Shown: positions 8,569 through 16,810, numbered from the stretch's first letter. The stretch is 32,000 nt of DNA from Dickeya dadantii NCPPB 898 (GCF_000406145.1 NZ_CM001976.1:2771337-2803336), one strand, 5' to 3'. Numbers and translations: made by a program. Notes: generated from the letters alone by a model not told the origin.

Positions 8569-8973
8569 CTATGGACTGATCCTGGACGTGCAGTATCGCG
8601 CAGTCTGCCATGATCCGGTAGCCGACTTAGTTAGCAGAAACAGCTCCTGATAAGCCGCAGGAGTGACGACGCCGGTCGCTTTGTCTGTTTCGGTTCCCTC
8701 GGTGGCGCTCCGAACGAAGGCCCAGTCGGCGCTGATTTGCTCAACCTCCTTTATTTCGTAGGTCATATCGAAGCCGACTGCTTCAAACACGCTGTGATAG
8801 ACCACAGCAAGCTCGTTCTTGCCCACGGCAGCTGGCCTGCCTGGCCCCATCAGTACGCCGTCATCAGTGTATGTTGCTATTACGGCGGCGATATCGGCGC
8901 GATTGAAGGCGGTCAAGTAAGCGACCGCCGCCGCTTCAATTGCGGCCAGTTCTTCATTAAATGTCTTACTCAT
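8569..8973 (-). CDS. NTF2-like (SnoaL/DUF4440/SgcJ-EcaC type) small protein
   Basis: 134 aa. AAVAYLTAFNRADIAAVIATYTDDGVLMGPG...ISADWAFVRS...GSWQTARY follows the usual NTF2-fold/ketosteroid-isomerase-like pattern. The ATG at 8973 lies 6 nt after GAGGA. Confidence 0.65.
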   Translation of the reverse strand: MSKTFNEELAAIEAAAVAYLTAFNRADIAAVIATYTDDGVLMGPGRPAAVGKNELAVVYHSVFEAVGFDMTYEIKEVEQISADWAFVRSATEGTETDKATGVVTPAAYQELFLLTKSATGSWQTARYCTSRISP

Positions 8974-9123
8974 TATCATTCCTCACCAGCATTACCTGGA
9001 AGCCAGGCAAATTATTTCAACCCGAGTGGATTTCGCGCGCGATATGTGGCGGTAGCCCGGTATTCATGCAGGCTGCGATGACGCAGCCTCGGTCATGACT
9101 TCGCACGCGGCAGCCGGAAAGCG

Positions 9124-10275
9124 TCACTCAGCCGCCGGCTCAGTCTCAACTAACGGGAACCAGCCCTTCGCATAGCTGATAACAGCCCAAAGTTTTTCCG
9201 GGATGTTCAGATCCGGTACTGACGCAGGGTCGAGGACGTTCACGATTTCATCCGCGCGACCGGCCTTGGCCAGTGCGACCCAATTCGGATTCATGACCAG
9301 AGCCTGGCCGATTGCTGTCAACGAGAGACCTGCGTCCAATGCCGCCTGTGCCAGCGCCGGCATCTTGAGGCCACCGGCCGCGATTACGGGAACGCGGTTG
9401 GCCACGTGCTCAATGATCAATTGCGCCGTCGTCTTGCCGCCGTCATCAACAATCGGCTTGCCATTGAGCACGTCGTATAGCGACGCATGGATATAATCAA
9501 CACCGGCTTTGATCAGCTCGTCGATCAGTATCTTGGTATCCGCGATCCGCAACCCACCTTCCTCCTGTTCTTCAGGCGAAATACGGTATCCCAGCAGAAA
9601 AGGTCGATCAGCGTGCGTCTTGATGACCTGGCTGACGGCCTGAATAACGGCCAACGGGAAGCGAAGTCTGTTGCTCAGAGAACCGCCCCACTCGTCGTCG
9701 CGATTATTAGCCAGCGGCGAGAAAAACTCCTGAAGGAGGAACCCGTGTGCGCCATGCAATTCAACGCCGTCGAAGCCTGCGTCGATCGCGCGCCGCGCCG
9801 CGTCACTAAATGCTTTGATGATGTTCTCAATTTCGTCATGCGCCAGAGCAATAGCCGTGTTCCCCCCCTTGTTGAACAGATTAGCGGGGACTTCCATCGT
9901 GCTGGGAGCGACGATTCGCCCGTTCGGAACGAGTTCCGGCACCGCTTTACTGCCTGCATGAAAGATCTGCAGGATGGCCGGAGCACCACCACTCTTTGCG
10001 GCTTGCGCCAGCTTGCGTAGGCTGGGGATGAAACGGTCATCGTAGGCGGCGAATTCGCCCGTGAAGCCGATCCCTTCCGGAGTGACGTGCGTACATCCGG
10101 TGATGACCATACCAACGTCCTTGGCGCGAGCCTGGACATAGGCGACCTCCTGGTCGGAGATGGTTTCGTCTGGATTGGCGGACCAGGTTGTCATTGGCGT
10201 CATAACAACGCGATTTTTAAGCGTCATACCATTTTTAAAGTGGAAACCGTCGAAAAGCGGGTTTGAATGGGTCAC
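9124..10275 (-). CDS. NADH:flavin oxidoreductase, Old Yellow Enzyme family (FMN-dependent ene-reductase)
   Basis: 383 aa. LKNRVVMTPMTTW, ILQIFHAGSKA, GFDGVELHGAHGFLLQEFFSPLANNRDDEWGGSLSNRLRF and PVIAAGGL are classical OYE motifs. GTG start with an AAGGA RBS. Confidence 0.85.
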   Translation of the reverse strand: MTHSNPLFDGFHFKNGMTLKNRVVMTPMTTWSANPDETISDQEVAYVQARAKDVGMVITGCTHVTPEGIGFTGEFAAYDDRFIPSLRKLAQAAKSGGAPAILQIFHAGSKAVPELVPNGRIVAPSTMEVPANLFNKGGNTAIALAHDEIENIIKAFSDAARRAIDAGFDGVELHGAHGFLLQEFFSPLANNRDDEWGGSLSNRLRFPLAVIQAVSQVIKTHADRPFLLGYRISPEEQEEGGLRIADTKILIDELIKAGVDYIHASLYDVLNGKPIVDDGGKTTAQLIIEHVANRVPVIAAGGLKMPALAQAALDAGLSLTAIGQALVMNPNWVALAKAGRADEIVNVLDPASVPDLNIPEKLWAVISYAKGWFPLVETEPAAE

Positions 10276-10394
10276 GAGATTTTCCTTGCAATAAGTGCGA
10301 ACAATTTTGATCCGGGAGGAGCGAGCCTCGGTGTCGCTGGCTAAGATAGGGGTTATCGATTAAGTGGACTAGATGCATAAAAACACTTAGCCTT

Positions 10395-10408
10395 ATCATT
10401 TCAATGAT
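10395..10408. promoter_or_regulatory. Candidate LysR-type operator (ATC-N8-GAT palindrome atcatt-tc-aatgat) in the OYE/LysR divergent region
   Basis: A 6+2+6 palindrome read directly, about 20 bp upstream of the LysR start. It is one base short of the canonical T-N11-A spacing. Confidence 0.3.
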
Positions 10409-10429
10409 TAATCGTGAGGAGAGAAAACC

Positions 10430-11323
10430 TTGCGTCGCGACGAGATTGCAGATCTGACCGCTTTCGTGGTGGTTGCCGAGGAACGCAGTTTCACGAAGGC
10501 GGCTCTCCGTCTGGGGATGGCACAGTCAGCCCTTAGCCAGATCGTCCGCCGTGTCGAGGAGCGTTTGGGGCTTCGCCTGCTTTCGCGCACGACACGCAGT
10601 GTCGCGCCCACCGAGGCTGGAGAACGCCTGCTTGCGAAGCTTGGACCGATGCTGCATGACCTCGACACGGTGATCGGCTCCCTTGGTGAACTGCGCGACC
10701 GCCCTTCCGGAACGCTACGGATCACGACGGTGGAACATGCGGCAAAGACTATACTCATGCCGGCCATGAAGCGGTTGCTGGCAGACAACCCCGACATCCG
10801 TATTGAGGTCAACGTTGATCACGCGCTGGTGGATGTCGTAGCCAATCAATTTGATGCGGGCATCCGCTTGGGGGGAGACATCGACAAGGACATGATTGCG
10901 GTGCGGATTGGTCCCGACATCCCAATGGTTGTCGTTGCCAGCCCGGCTTATCTGGCAAGACGTCCCGCGCCGACGACGCCCGCCGAACTGTTCGACCATA
11001 GCCTCATCAGCTTCCGCCTGCCGACATCCGGCACGTTAATTGGATGGCCTCTAATGAGTGACGGACGAGAAATAAGAGTTCGGGGCCAGGGGCAACTGGT
11101 CGTAAATACGATTGATCTTTTGGTCGACGCGGTACTGGATGGGCATGGTTTGGCGTGTATCCATCTTGATCAGGTGCAGAGATTTATTGACAACGGCAGT
11201 CTTATCCAGGTTCTTAGCGGACTTACTCGTGACATTCCTGGCTATCATCTCTACTACCCTAACCGCCGGCACCACTCTTCCGCGTTCTCTTTATTCGTCG
11301 AAACCCTTCGGTATCGTTCGTAG
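10430..11323 (+). CDS. LysR-family transcriptional regulator
   Basis: LTAFVVVAEERSFTKAALRLGMAQSALSQIVRRVEERLGLRLLSRTTRSVAPTEAGERL is a canonical LTTR wHTH. TTG start with a GAGGAG RBS. The gene is divergent from the OYE gene. Confidence 0.85.
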   Translation: MRRDEIADLTAFVVVAEERSFTKAALRLGMAQSALSQIVRRVEERLGLRLLSRTTRSVAPTEAGERLLAKLGPMLHDLDTVIGSLGELRDRPSGTLRITTVEHAAKTILMPAMKRLLADNPDIRIEVNVDHALVDVVANQFDAGIRLGGDIDKDMIAVRIGPDIPMVVVASPAYLARRPAPTTPAELFDHSLISFRLPTSGTLIGWPLMSDGREIRVRGQGQLVVNTIDLLVDAVLDGHGLACIHLDQVQRFIDNGSLIQVLSGLTRDIPGYHLYYPNRRHHSSAFSLFVETLRYRS

Positions 11324-11584
11324 GCGGGTTGATGTTCGGGGACGGAACGGCTCCGCCATAGGCCCGCGCCGTTCGCCTTCAGCTTCAATCACCACCTCAA
11401 AATCGAATTGCAGATCTTCCAATCATCCCTTTTTCGATCGGACACGCATCAAAAGCAGGAAGGTTCATGCGCGGGGGCGGACGAATCAGCCGCTTCTGTG
11501 AATGGATCAGAGCGTAGAGTTAGTCTTGGGGCAGCCAAACCCTTTCCCGATCCCGTGACCTGCCCCCTGTTTTTTTATTTGGAA

Positions 11585-13150
11585 TTACTCGTCCTCATCC
11601 CCGCCTTTGCGGTTGCTCAGACCGTATTCCCGCAGTTTATTGGCGATGGCGGTGTGGGACACGCCGAGCCGTTTGGCCAGCTTACGGGTGCTGGGGTAGG
11701 TCTGATAAAGGCGGGTTAACACCGAGCGTTCAAACCGCTTGCTGATGTCGTCGAGCGACCCTTCCAGCAAATCGTCATTGTGGACAATTTCCGGCTGGAA
11801 GGCCGGCAGGTCGATATCGCGCAGGCGCAGTTCATCGCCTTCCAGTTGCGCCAGCGCCCGGTAGATGGTGTTTTTCAACTGACGCACGTTGCCCGGCCAG
11901 CCGTACTGAGGCAACAGATTACGCACTTCCTGCGCGATATGAGGACGGGCGATGCCCTGCTCGTCGGCAAAGCGGGACACGAACAGTTCCACCAGCGGCA
12001 TCACATCCGCCGGGCACTCGCGCAGCGGCGGCAGTTGCAGCGTCAGCACGTTGAGGCGGTAATAGAGGTCTTCACGAAACAGGCCGCGCTGCACCAGATC
12101 CAGCATGTTTTTCTGGGTCGCGCAGATCACGCGGACATCCACGTGCACCTCGTGTTCTTCGCCCACCCGGCGGAACGTACCGTCATTGAGAAAACGCAGC
12201 AGTTTGGTCTGCATCTGCGGCGACATTTCGCCGACTTCGTCCAGCAACACCGAGCCGCCGTTAGCCTGCTCGAAAAAGCCTTTCTTGCCTTCCAGCGCGT
12301 TGGGATAGGCGCCCGGCGCGTGGCCGTAAAGCTCGCTTTCCATCACGTCATCCGGCAGTGCGGCGCAGTTGAGCGCCAGAAACGGCTTCTTGCCGCGGCT
12401 GCTGCGCAGATGACAGGCGCGAGCCAGCATGTCCTTGCCGGTGCCGGTTTCCCCCACCAACAGCAATGGCGCATCCAGCATCGCCAGCTTGCGCGCCTGC
12501 TCCACCACCTGACGCATACGCGGGCTAGCCGCCACAATATGGTCGAATTCCCGTTCATCGTTGATCGGCGTGTCCTGCAACTGACGGCCCATGCGTACTG
12601 CCGACTTCAGCGTCACCAGCGCGCCGGCGACGGTGGATTTGCCTTTATCGTCTTCCAGATGAACCGGCGTCACTTCCTGCAGAAAATCCTGCCCGCGGAT
12701 CACCACGCGGCTTGTTTCCGGCAAGCCGCCCTGCTCCTGCCAGCGGGAAAAATGGTAATCGTTCAGCAACTGGCCGACGTTAAGGGTGCGGGCTTTCTCC
12801 TGCGTCAGCTCAAACAGGCTGAGCGCGGCGGCGTTGACCAACTCCACTTTGCCTTTGAGATCGAACGACAGCACCGGCTCCGGCATCGACTCCAGCAGCG
12901 CGTTCAGCGCCCGATGCTCTCGCTCGGACGGCATAAACGCCACGGTACGCACATCGCTGACGCCAGGAATGCGGCGAATCTCCGTCATCAGCTCACGGAA
13001 AGCGTCAAAACCGAGGGTGGTAAAATTGAGGTAGATCCGACCCATCGGATCAATTTCGATACCGCGCAGGTCGATATGTCGCAGCACCAGCAGGTCGAGC
13101 AGCTCACGAGTCAGACCAATCCGGTCTTCACAAAATACTTCCAGACGCAT
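11585..13150 (-). CDS. tyrR: Aromatic amino acid regulon transcriptional regulator TyrR (ACT-PAS-AAA+ sigma54-interaction-type-HTH)
   Basis: MRLEVFCEDRIGLTRELLDLLVLRHIDLRGIEIDP... aligns end to end with E. coli TyrR, including GETGTGKD, GGSVLLDEVGEMS and the C-terminal STRKLAKRLGVSHTAIANKLREYGL. The start was set at ATG 13150 to match E. coli; the track ORF carries a 16-codon extension. Confidence 0.93.
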   Translation of the reverse strand: MRLEVFCEDRIGLTRELLDLLVLRHIDLRGIEIDPMGRIYLNFTTLGFDAFRELMTEIRRIPGVSDVRTVAFMPSEREHRALNALLESMPEPVLSFDLKGKVELVNAAALSLFELTQEKARTLNVGQLLNDYHFSRWQEQGGLPETSRVVIRGQDFLQEVTPVHLEDDKGKSTVAGALVTLKSAVRMGRQLQDTPINDEREFDHIVAASPRMRQVVEQARKLAMLDAPLLLVGETGTGKDMLARACHLRSSRGKKPFLALNCAALPDDVMESELYGHAPGAYPNALEGKKGFFEQANGGSVLLDEVGEMSPQMQTKLLRFLNDGTFRRVGEEHEVHVDVRVICATQKNMLDLVQRGLFREDLYYRLNVLTLQLPPLRECPADVMPLVELFVSRFADEQGIARPHIAQEVRNLLPQYGWPGNVRQLKNTIYRALAQLEGDELRLRDIDLPAFQPEIVHNDDLLEGSLDDISKRFERSVLTRLYQTYPSTRKLAKRLGVSHTAIANKLREYGLSNRKGGDEDE

Positions 13151-13228
13151 CAATAAAACCTTCTTCATCAGGTGCGGCAGGGACGAGAGCTGCATCATAC
13201 CCTTTCGCCGTCATCGGATGAAGTGGGG

Positions 13229-13246
13229 TGTCAGCAAAAGTTGACA
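13229..13246 (-). promoter_or_regulatory. Candidate TyrR box (TGTCAG-N6-TTGACA) upstream of tyrR, embedded in a 9-bp-stem hairpin (13225-13250)
   Basis: The 18-mer tgtcagcaaaagttgaca is compared with the consensus TGTAAA-N6-TTTACA. The TGT/ACA ends and the G-N14-C spacing are preserved. It sits 79-96 bp upstream of the tyrR ATG. Confidence 0.5.
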
Positions 13247-13268
13247 CCCCGGCAACCGAAATGCGGAT

Positions 13269-14831
13269 TTACTTCGTTTTTTCCTCTTCCGGGAACGGCG
13301 TGGTCATCATCGACACGATGATGCGGATACCTTCGATGTAGTTGCCGATGCGCATGTTCTCGTCGTTGCTGTAGGAGTTATTGTCCGCATTCACCAGCGA
13401 CACCACGGCAAAGGCGCTTTTTAACGCCGCCAGCGCCCCATTGATCGGCGGCGACACGCCCAGCATGCGGTTCTTCTCCGGTTCCCCCTTGCTCGGCGCC
13501 TTCACGCCGTCCAGCGCCCATTTCGCCAGCGGCGACGCCATCTGCGTGCGCACGGCAAACGAACTGCCCGACGAGGTCATCATGCTCATCGAAATCAATT
13601 TGGGGTTGTGATTACGCTCCTGCAGCGCGGGCGAGTCGGAACGCACGATATAGAAACCGTTGGCGGTTACATACTTTTTCAGCAGGTCATACAGGTAATC
13701 GGGCGAGGTTTCCGGCACCGTACGGATATTAATGCTGGCGGTCGCGGTAGACGGAATGGCATAGATGGCTTTGCGGCCGGTATCGCCCGCCCTGAGTCCG
13801 ATGACATCCAGCGACGGATACTGCACCGCTTCCACCGGGTTGGGTGCCATTTTTTCCAGTTGGGTCACCCCGTAACGGCTTTCGATGGTGCCCGGCTGCG
13901 GCGCCTGTGCGGCCAGCTGTTTGCGTTCGTCATCGGAGATTTTGACCCGATCATAAAACCCTGGCAGCGTCACCCGACCGGTGGCGTCCTTGAGCCCGGC
14001 CAGCAGGCTCGCCAGCTGTTGCACCGGATTGACGATCACATTGCCGAACGCGCCGCTGTGGGCCGCCGGGTCGGGGCCGAACACCGTCATGTCCACCTGT
14101 ATCGACCCGCGATAGCCGAACGTGATCACCGGCATATTATTGGTGTTCACCGCGCCGTTAAAAATCACCACGCCGTCATTTTTTAGCCGGGCAGCGTTCT
14201 GATTGACCACCGCGGCCAGGTGCGGCGAGCCGCGTTCCTCTTCCGAATCGAGCAGCACCTTGATATTTACCGTGGTGGCGGCCCTGGCGCTTTTCAGCGC
14301 ATCCACCGCGGTCAGAAACACGGAGATCACCCCTTTCCCGTCCGACGCTGAACGGCCAAACACGCGCCATTCCGGATCCAACCCCGGCTGCATCAACCGG
14401 TCGTTGGGTTGCGGCATCCAGATACCGCGCGAATCCTTGATTTTCAGCGTCGGTTTCCAGGGGTCGGTGCTCCATTCGGACGCGCTGACCGACTGTCCGT
14501 CAAAGTGCATCAGGAACAACACGGTCGGGCGGTTGGGTTGCATCGGCCCCAGCTCGGCATACAGCATCGGGTGCGCGCCATTGGCCAGCTGCTGGGTGGT
14601 AAATCCCCGTTTCTGAAAAGCCTTGTCCAGCCAGTTAAGGTTGCGCTGAATATCCGCCGCCACATCGGTGTCGTTGCTGAGCGTCAAGCCGTCGAGGTAT
14701 TCGGGAAAGCTGGCCTGAGCGAAACGCTGGGCGTCAGTCGGCGTCATGATCCACTGCGCCTGAGCGGAACCTGCCGTCACCAGCGCGCCGAGCACGCCGG
14801 CCAACAGGAGTTTGTTGCCACGAAGCATCAT
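13269..14831 (-). CDS. Secreted M20-family metallopeptidase / amidohydrolase
   Basis: Signal peptide MMLRGNKLLLAGVLGALVTAGSAQA. M20 metal/catalytic blocks FLMHFDGQ, FGRSASDGKG and LLDSEEERGSPHL. The start was set at ATG 14831 (AAGGA RBS); the upstream 31 codons in the track ORF are probably not translated. Confidence 0.8.
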   Translation of the reverse strand: MMLRGNKLLLAGVLGALVTAGSAQAQWIMTPTDAQRFAQASFPEYLDGLTLSNDTDVAADIQRNLNWLDKAFQKRGFTTQQLANGAHPMLYAELGPMQPNRPTVLFLMHFDGQSVSASEWSTDPWKPTLKIKDSRGIWMPQPNDRLMQPGLDPEWRVFGRSASDGKGVISVFLTAVDALKSARAATTVNIKVLLDSEEERGSPHLAAVVNQNAARLKNDGVVIFNGAVNTNNMPVITFGYRGSIQVDMTVFGPDPAAHSGAFGNVIVNPVQQLASLLAGLKDATGRVTLPGFYDRVKISDDERKQLAAQAPQPGTIESRYGVTQLEKMAPNPVEAVQYPSLDVIGLRAGDTGRKAIYAIPSTATASINIRTVPETSPDYLYDLLKKYVTANGFYIVRSDSPALQERNHNPKLISMSMMTSSGSSFAVRTQMASPLAKWALDGVKAPSKGEPEKNRMLGVSPPINGALAALKSAFAVVSLVNADNNSYSNDENMRIGNYIEGIRIIVSMMTTPFPEEEKTK

Positions 14832-15136
14832 AAGTATCCTTCCAGCCAGAGGAAAAAAAAGAACATCCATCTTCTGGTTATCGGCAGCATCGGTCATCGC
14901 CTGAGCGATACGGACGCGATTCATCCGCCGGGTTTATCCTGCTTATCTGCCTAAAATAATTCGAGTTGCGGGAGCGACAATGCACCGACAACGTGAAGTA
15001 TGACAGTTATAGATAAGCATGCTTCGTGGCAGCGGAATGCGGGCTATATCAAAACCCCCGCTGTTTTTCGGCTGCAACCCATTCATTTTATGGTTGCAGG
15101 GACATTATCACCGCAGTAAAAACGACCTCCCCTCAA

Positions 15137-15236
15137 GATCAGATGTTTTCCGATCAGATGTTTTCCGATCGGATTTTTTCTAATCACACATTCTCTAATC
15201 AGATGTTTTCCAATCAGATCCAATCAGATACTTTCC
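15137..15236. repeat. Tandem array of about 7 degenerate 15-bp units (consensus gatcagatgttttcc). It overlaps the stop codon of the MFS gene.
   Basis: Units read directly: 15137-15151 and 15152-15166 are identical. 15167-15181 and 15182-15196 are diverged. 15197-15211 is near-identical. 15212-15221 is a truncated 10-bp unit. The last unit is 15222-15236. GATC occurs at 15137, 15152, 15167 and 15217. Confidence 0.9.
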
Positions 15237-16642
15237 AGTCGGACACCGCGGGTCCGCGGGCCGAACACGCCGACGGTCACCACCACCGTCAACATGCTGA
15301 TGATGATAAACGCCAGCACGCCGCTGGTGTCGTAATGTTGCAAAATCAGACCGATGACGATGCTGCTGAGCGCTGTCGATAGGCGGCTGAAGGAGTAACA
15401 AAAACCCACGCCGCGGGCGCGGATCGCCGTGGGGAAAACCTCGGTCTGATAGGCGTGATAGCTGATGGTCAGCCAGGCGTTGGAATAGGTGATCAGAAAA
15501 CCACAGACAATCAGCCACAGCGGTTGCGTCTGAAAGGCAAACAGCGTGCCGAACACGACCGTCATCAGCGACGACAACACGATTTGCCACTTGTTTTCGA
15601 GTTTGCCGACGTACCAACTGCACAGCAGCGACCCCAGCGGATAGGCCAGCGTAATGAAAAACGCGTACAGCAGGCTGTGGGTCACGGTCGCGCCCCGTCC
15701 CGCCAGCAGCGCCGGTAGCCAGTTGCCGAAGCCGAAGAATCCGATCGCCTGAAAGGTGTTCATGACCACCAGCATCAGGGTACGGCGGCGATAGCGCACT
15801 GACCAGATATCGAGGAATCGACCGCGTGACGGCAACGTAATCCTCGTCTGCGGCTCCAGCGCCTTACCCGGCGGAATGCCGCAGCGGTGTTCCATCGCCG
15901 TCATTGCTTTTTCCGCTTCCCGGTAGCGTCCGCGCGATGCCAGCCAACGCGCCGATTCCACCAGATTACGGCGCAGCAGCCACACCACCAGCGAGCATAC
16001 CGCACCGATGATGACCACATAACGCCAGCCGGATAGTCCCCAGAGCGTCTGCGGTAACAGCCACCAGGACATCAGCGCCACCGTCGGCACCGACAGAAAC
16101 TGCATGAAGAACGCCATCGCAAACGCCTGACTACGCAGGTGGGTCGGCGCCCATTCGGACAGGTAGGTATCGATGGTCACCAATTCCACCCCCAGACCAA
16201 TCCCCACCAGAAAGCGGCAGAGGATCACCCATTCCGCCTGAGTCTGGAACGCCATCAGCAGCGAAAACACGCCATACCACGCCAGCGCAAACATAAAAGC
16301 GGCGCGCCGTCCGAACCTATCCGCCTGCGGCGCAACCAAACTGGCACCGATAAACAGGCCGAAAAAGGTGGCGGACGCAAACGTGGCCTGATCCGATACG
16401 CCGAACAATCCCTCCTTGCCGACATGAAAAATCTTCTCCCCGATCAGGCCGGTACTGATGTAGGCGGTCTGAAACAGGTCGTAAAGCTCAAAGAAACCAC
16501 CCAGCGACAGCAGGATGATGAAGCGCCACAGCCCCCACGATGAAGGTAAGGCATCAATACGCGTCGCCAGCGAATGAAGTGGAAGAGGATGATTGACGGC
16601 ATAAACCGTCGGCGCGTTGCGCGCACTAAAAGTAGAATCCAT
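15224..16642 (-). CDS. MFS transporter, sugar-porter/metabolite:H+ symporter-like (12 TMS)
   Basis: 472 aa. Motif A QADRFGRRAAF, VESARWLASRGRYREAEKAM (equivalent to PESPRWL) and a long central loop, all typical of Sugar_tr/MFS_1 importers. Confidence 0.85.
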   Translation of the reverse strand: MDSTFSARNAPTVYAVNHPLPLHSLATRIDALPSSWGLWRFIILLSLGGFFELYDLFQTAYISTGLIGEKIFHVGKEGLFGVSDQATFASATFFGLFIGASLVAPQADRFGRRAAFMFALAWYGVFSLLMAFQTQAEWVILCRFLVGIGLGVELVTIDTYLSEWAPTHLRSQAFAMAFFMQFLSVPTVALMSWWLLPQTLWGLSGWRYVVIIGAVCSLVVWLLRRNLVESARWLASRGRYREAEKAMTAMEHRCGIPPGKALEPQTRITLPSRGRFLDIWSVRYRRRTLMLVVMNTFQAIGFFGFGNWLPALLAGRGATVTHSLLYAFFITLAYPLGSLLCSWYVGKLENKWQIVLSSLMTVVFGTLFAFQTQPLWLIVCGFLITYSNAWLTISYHAYQTEVFPTAIRARGVGFCYSFSRLSTALSSIVIGLILQHYDTSGVLAFIIISMLTVVVTVGVFGPRTRGVRLESI

Positions 16643-16731
16643 GGTATTGCCCCTGATGATGATCGGTTATCGTTGGTAAACGTTCTGGCAAACCATAGCG
16701 GCAATAATTATCATTTGTTATTATTTGTCGG

Positions 16732-16753
16732 TAACATTATTTACAGAATGTTA
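16732..16753. promoter_or_regulatory. Inverted repeat taacatt-N8-aatgtta in the AT-rich region upstream of the MFS symporter (candidate operator)
   Basis: 7-bp perfect arms read directly, 90-110 bp upstream of the MFS ATG (16642). Confidence 0.3.
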
Positions 16754-16810
16754 AAGTGCAACCGGGCGGTAATACCCTACGGTGGGCTTTGCGAAGATAA
16801 TCGTAATGTT

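Noticed and set aside
8344-8613. 89-aa plus-strand ORF in the low-GC spacer
   Set aside because: It has no RBS, it overlaps the convergent NTF2-like gene's 3' end, and it has no recognisable motif. The region more likely contains decayed sequence.
8127-11584. Mobile element, integrase or IS at the borders of the lower-GC block
   Set aside because: No transposase or integrase ORF, no terminal inverted repeats and no flanking direct repeats could be identified by eye. Only composition and broken synteny support acquisition.
11780-13156. 458-aa plus-strand ORF
   Set aside because: It is antisense to tyrR, its composition is biased (R/Q/H-rich), and it has no recognisable domains. It is a high-GC shadow ORF.
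13151-13198. N-terminal extensions of track ORFs: tyrR +16 codons, M20 +31, COG0523 +36, sapA +15, sapF +34, GNAT +18, mpaA +16, tpx +5, ycjX +5
   Set aside because: Alignment with the E. coli orthologues or signal-peptide logic, together with better-placed Shine-Dalgarno sequences, supports the internal start in each case.
15137-15236. Possible CRISPR array
   Set aside because: The units are contiguous 15-mers with no unique spacers, there are no cas genes, and the repeats are too short. This is a minisatellite or VNTR, not a CRISPR.
15026-15382. 118-aa plus-strand ORF encoding a QMFSD/QMFSN pentapeptide repeat
   Set aside because: The repeat peptide simply reflects the 15-bp tandem DNA repeat. 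The C-terminal half is antisense to the MFS gene, and there is no RBS. I treat it as a DNA-level repeat and not as a gene.
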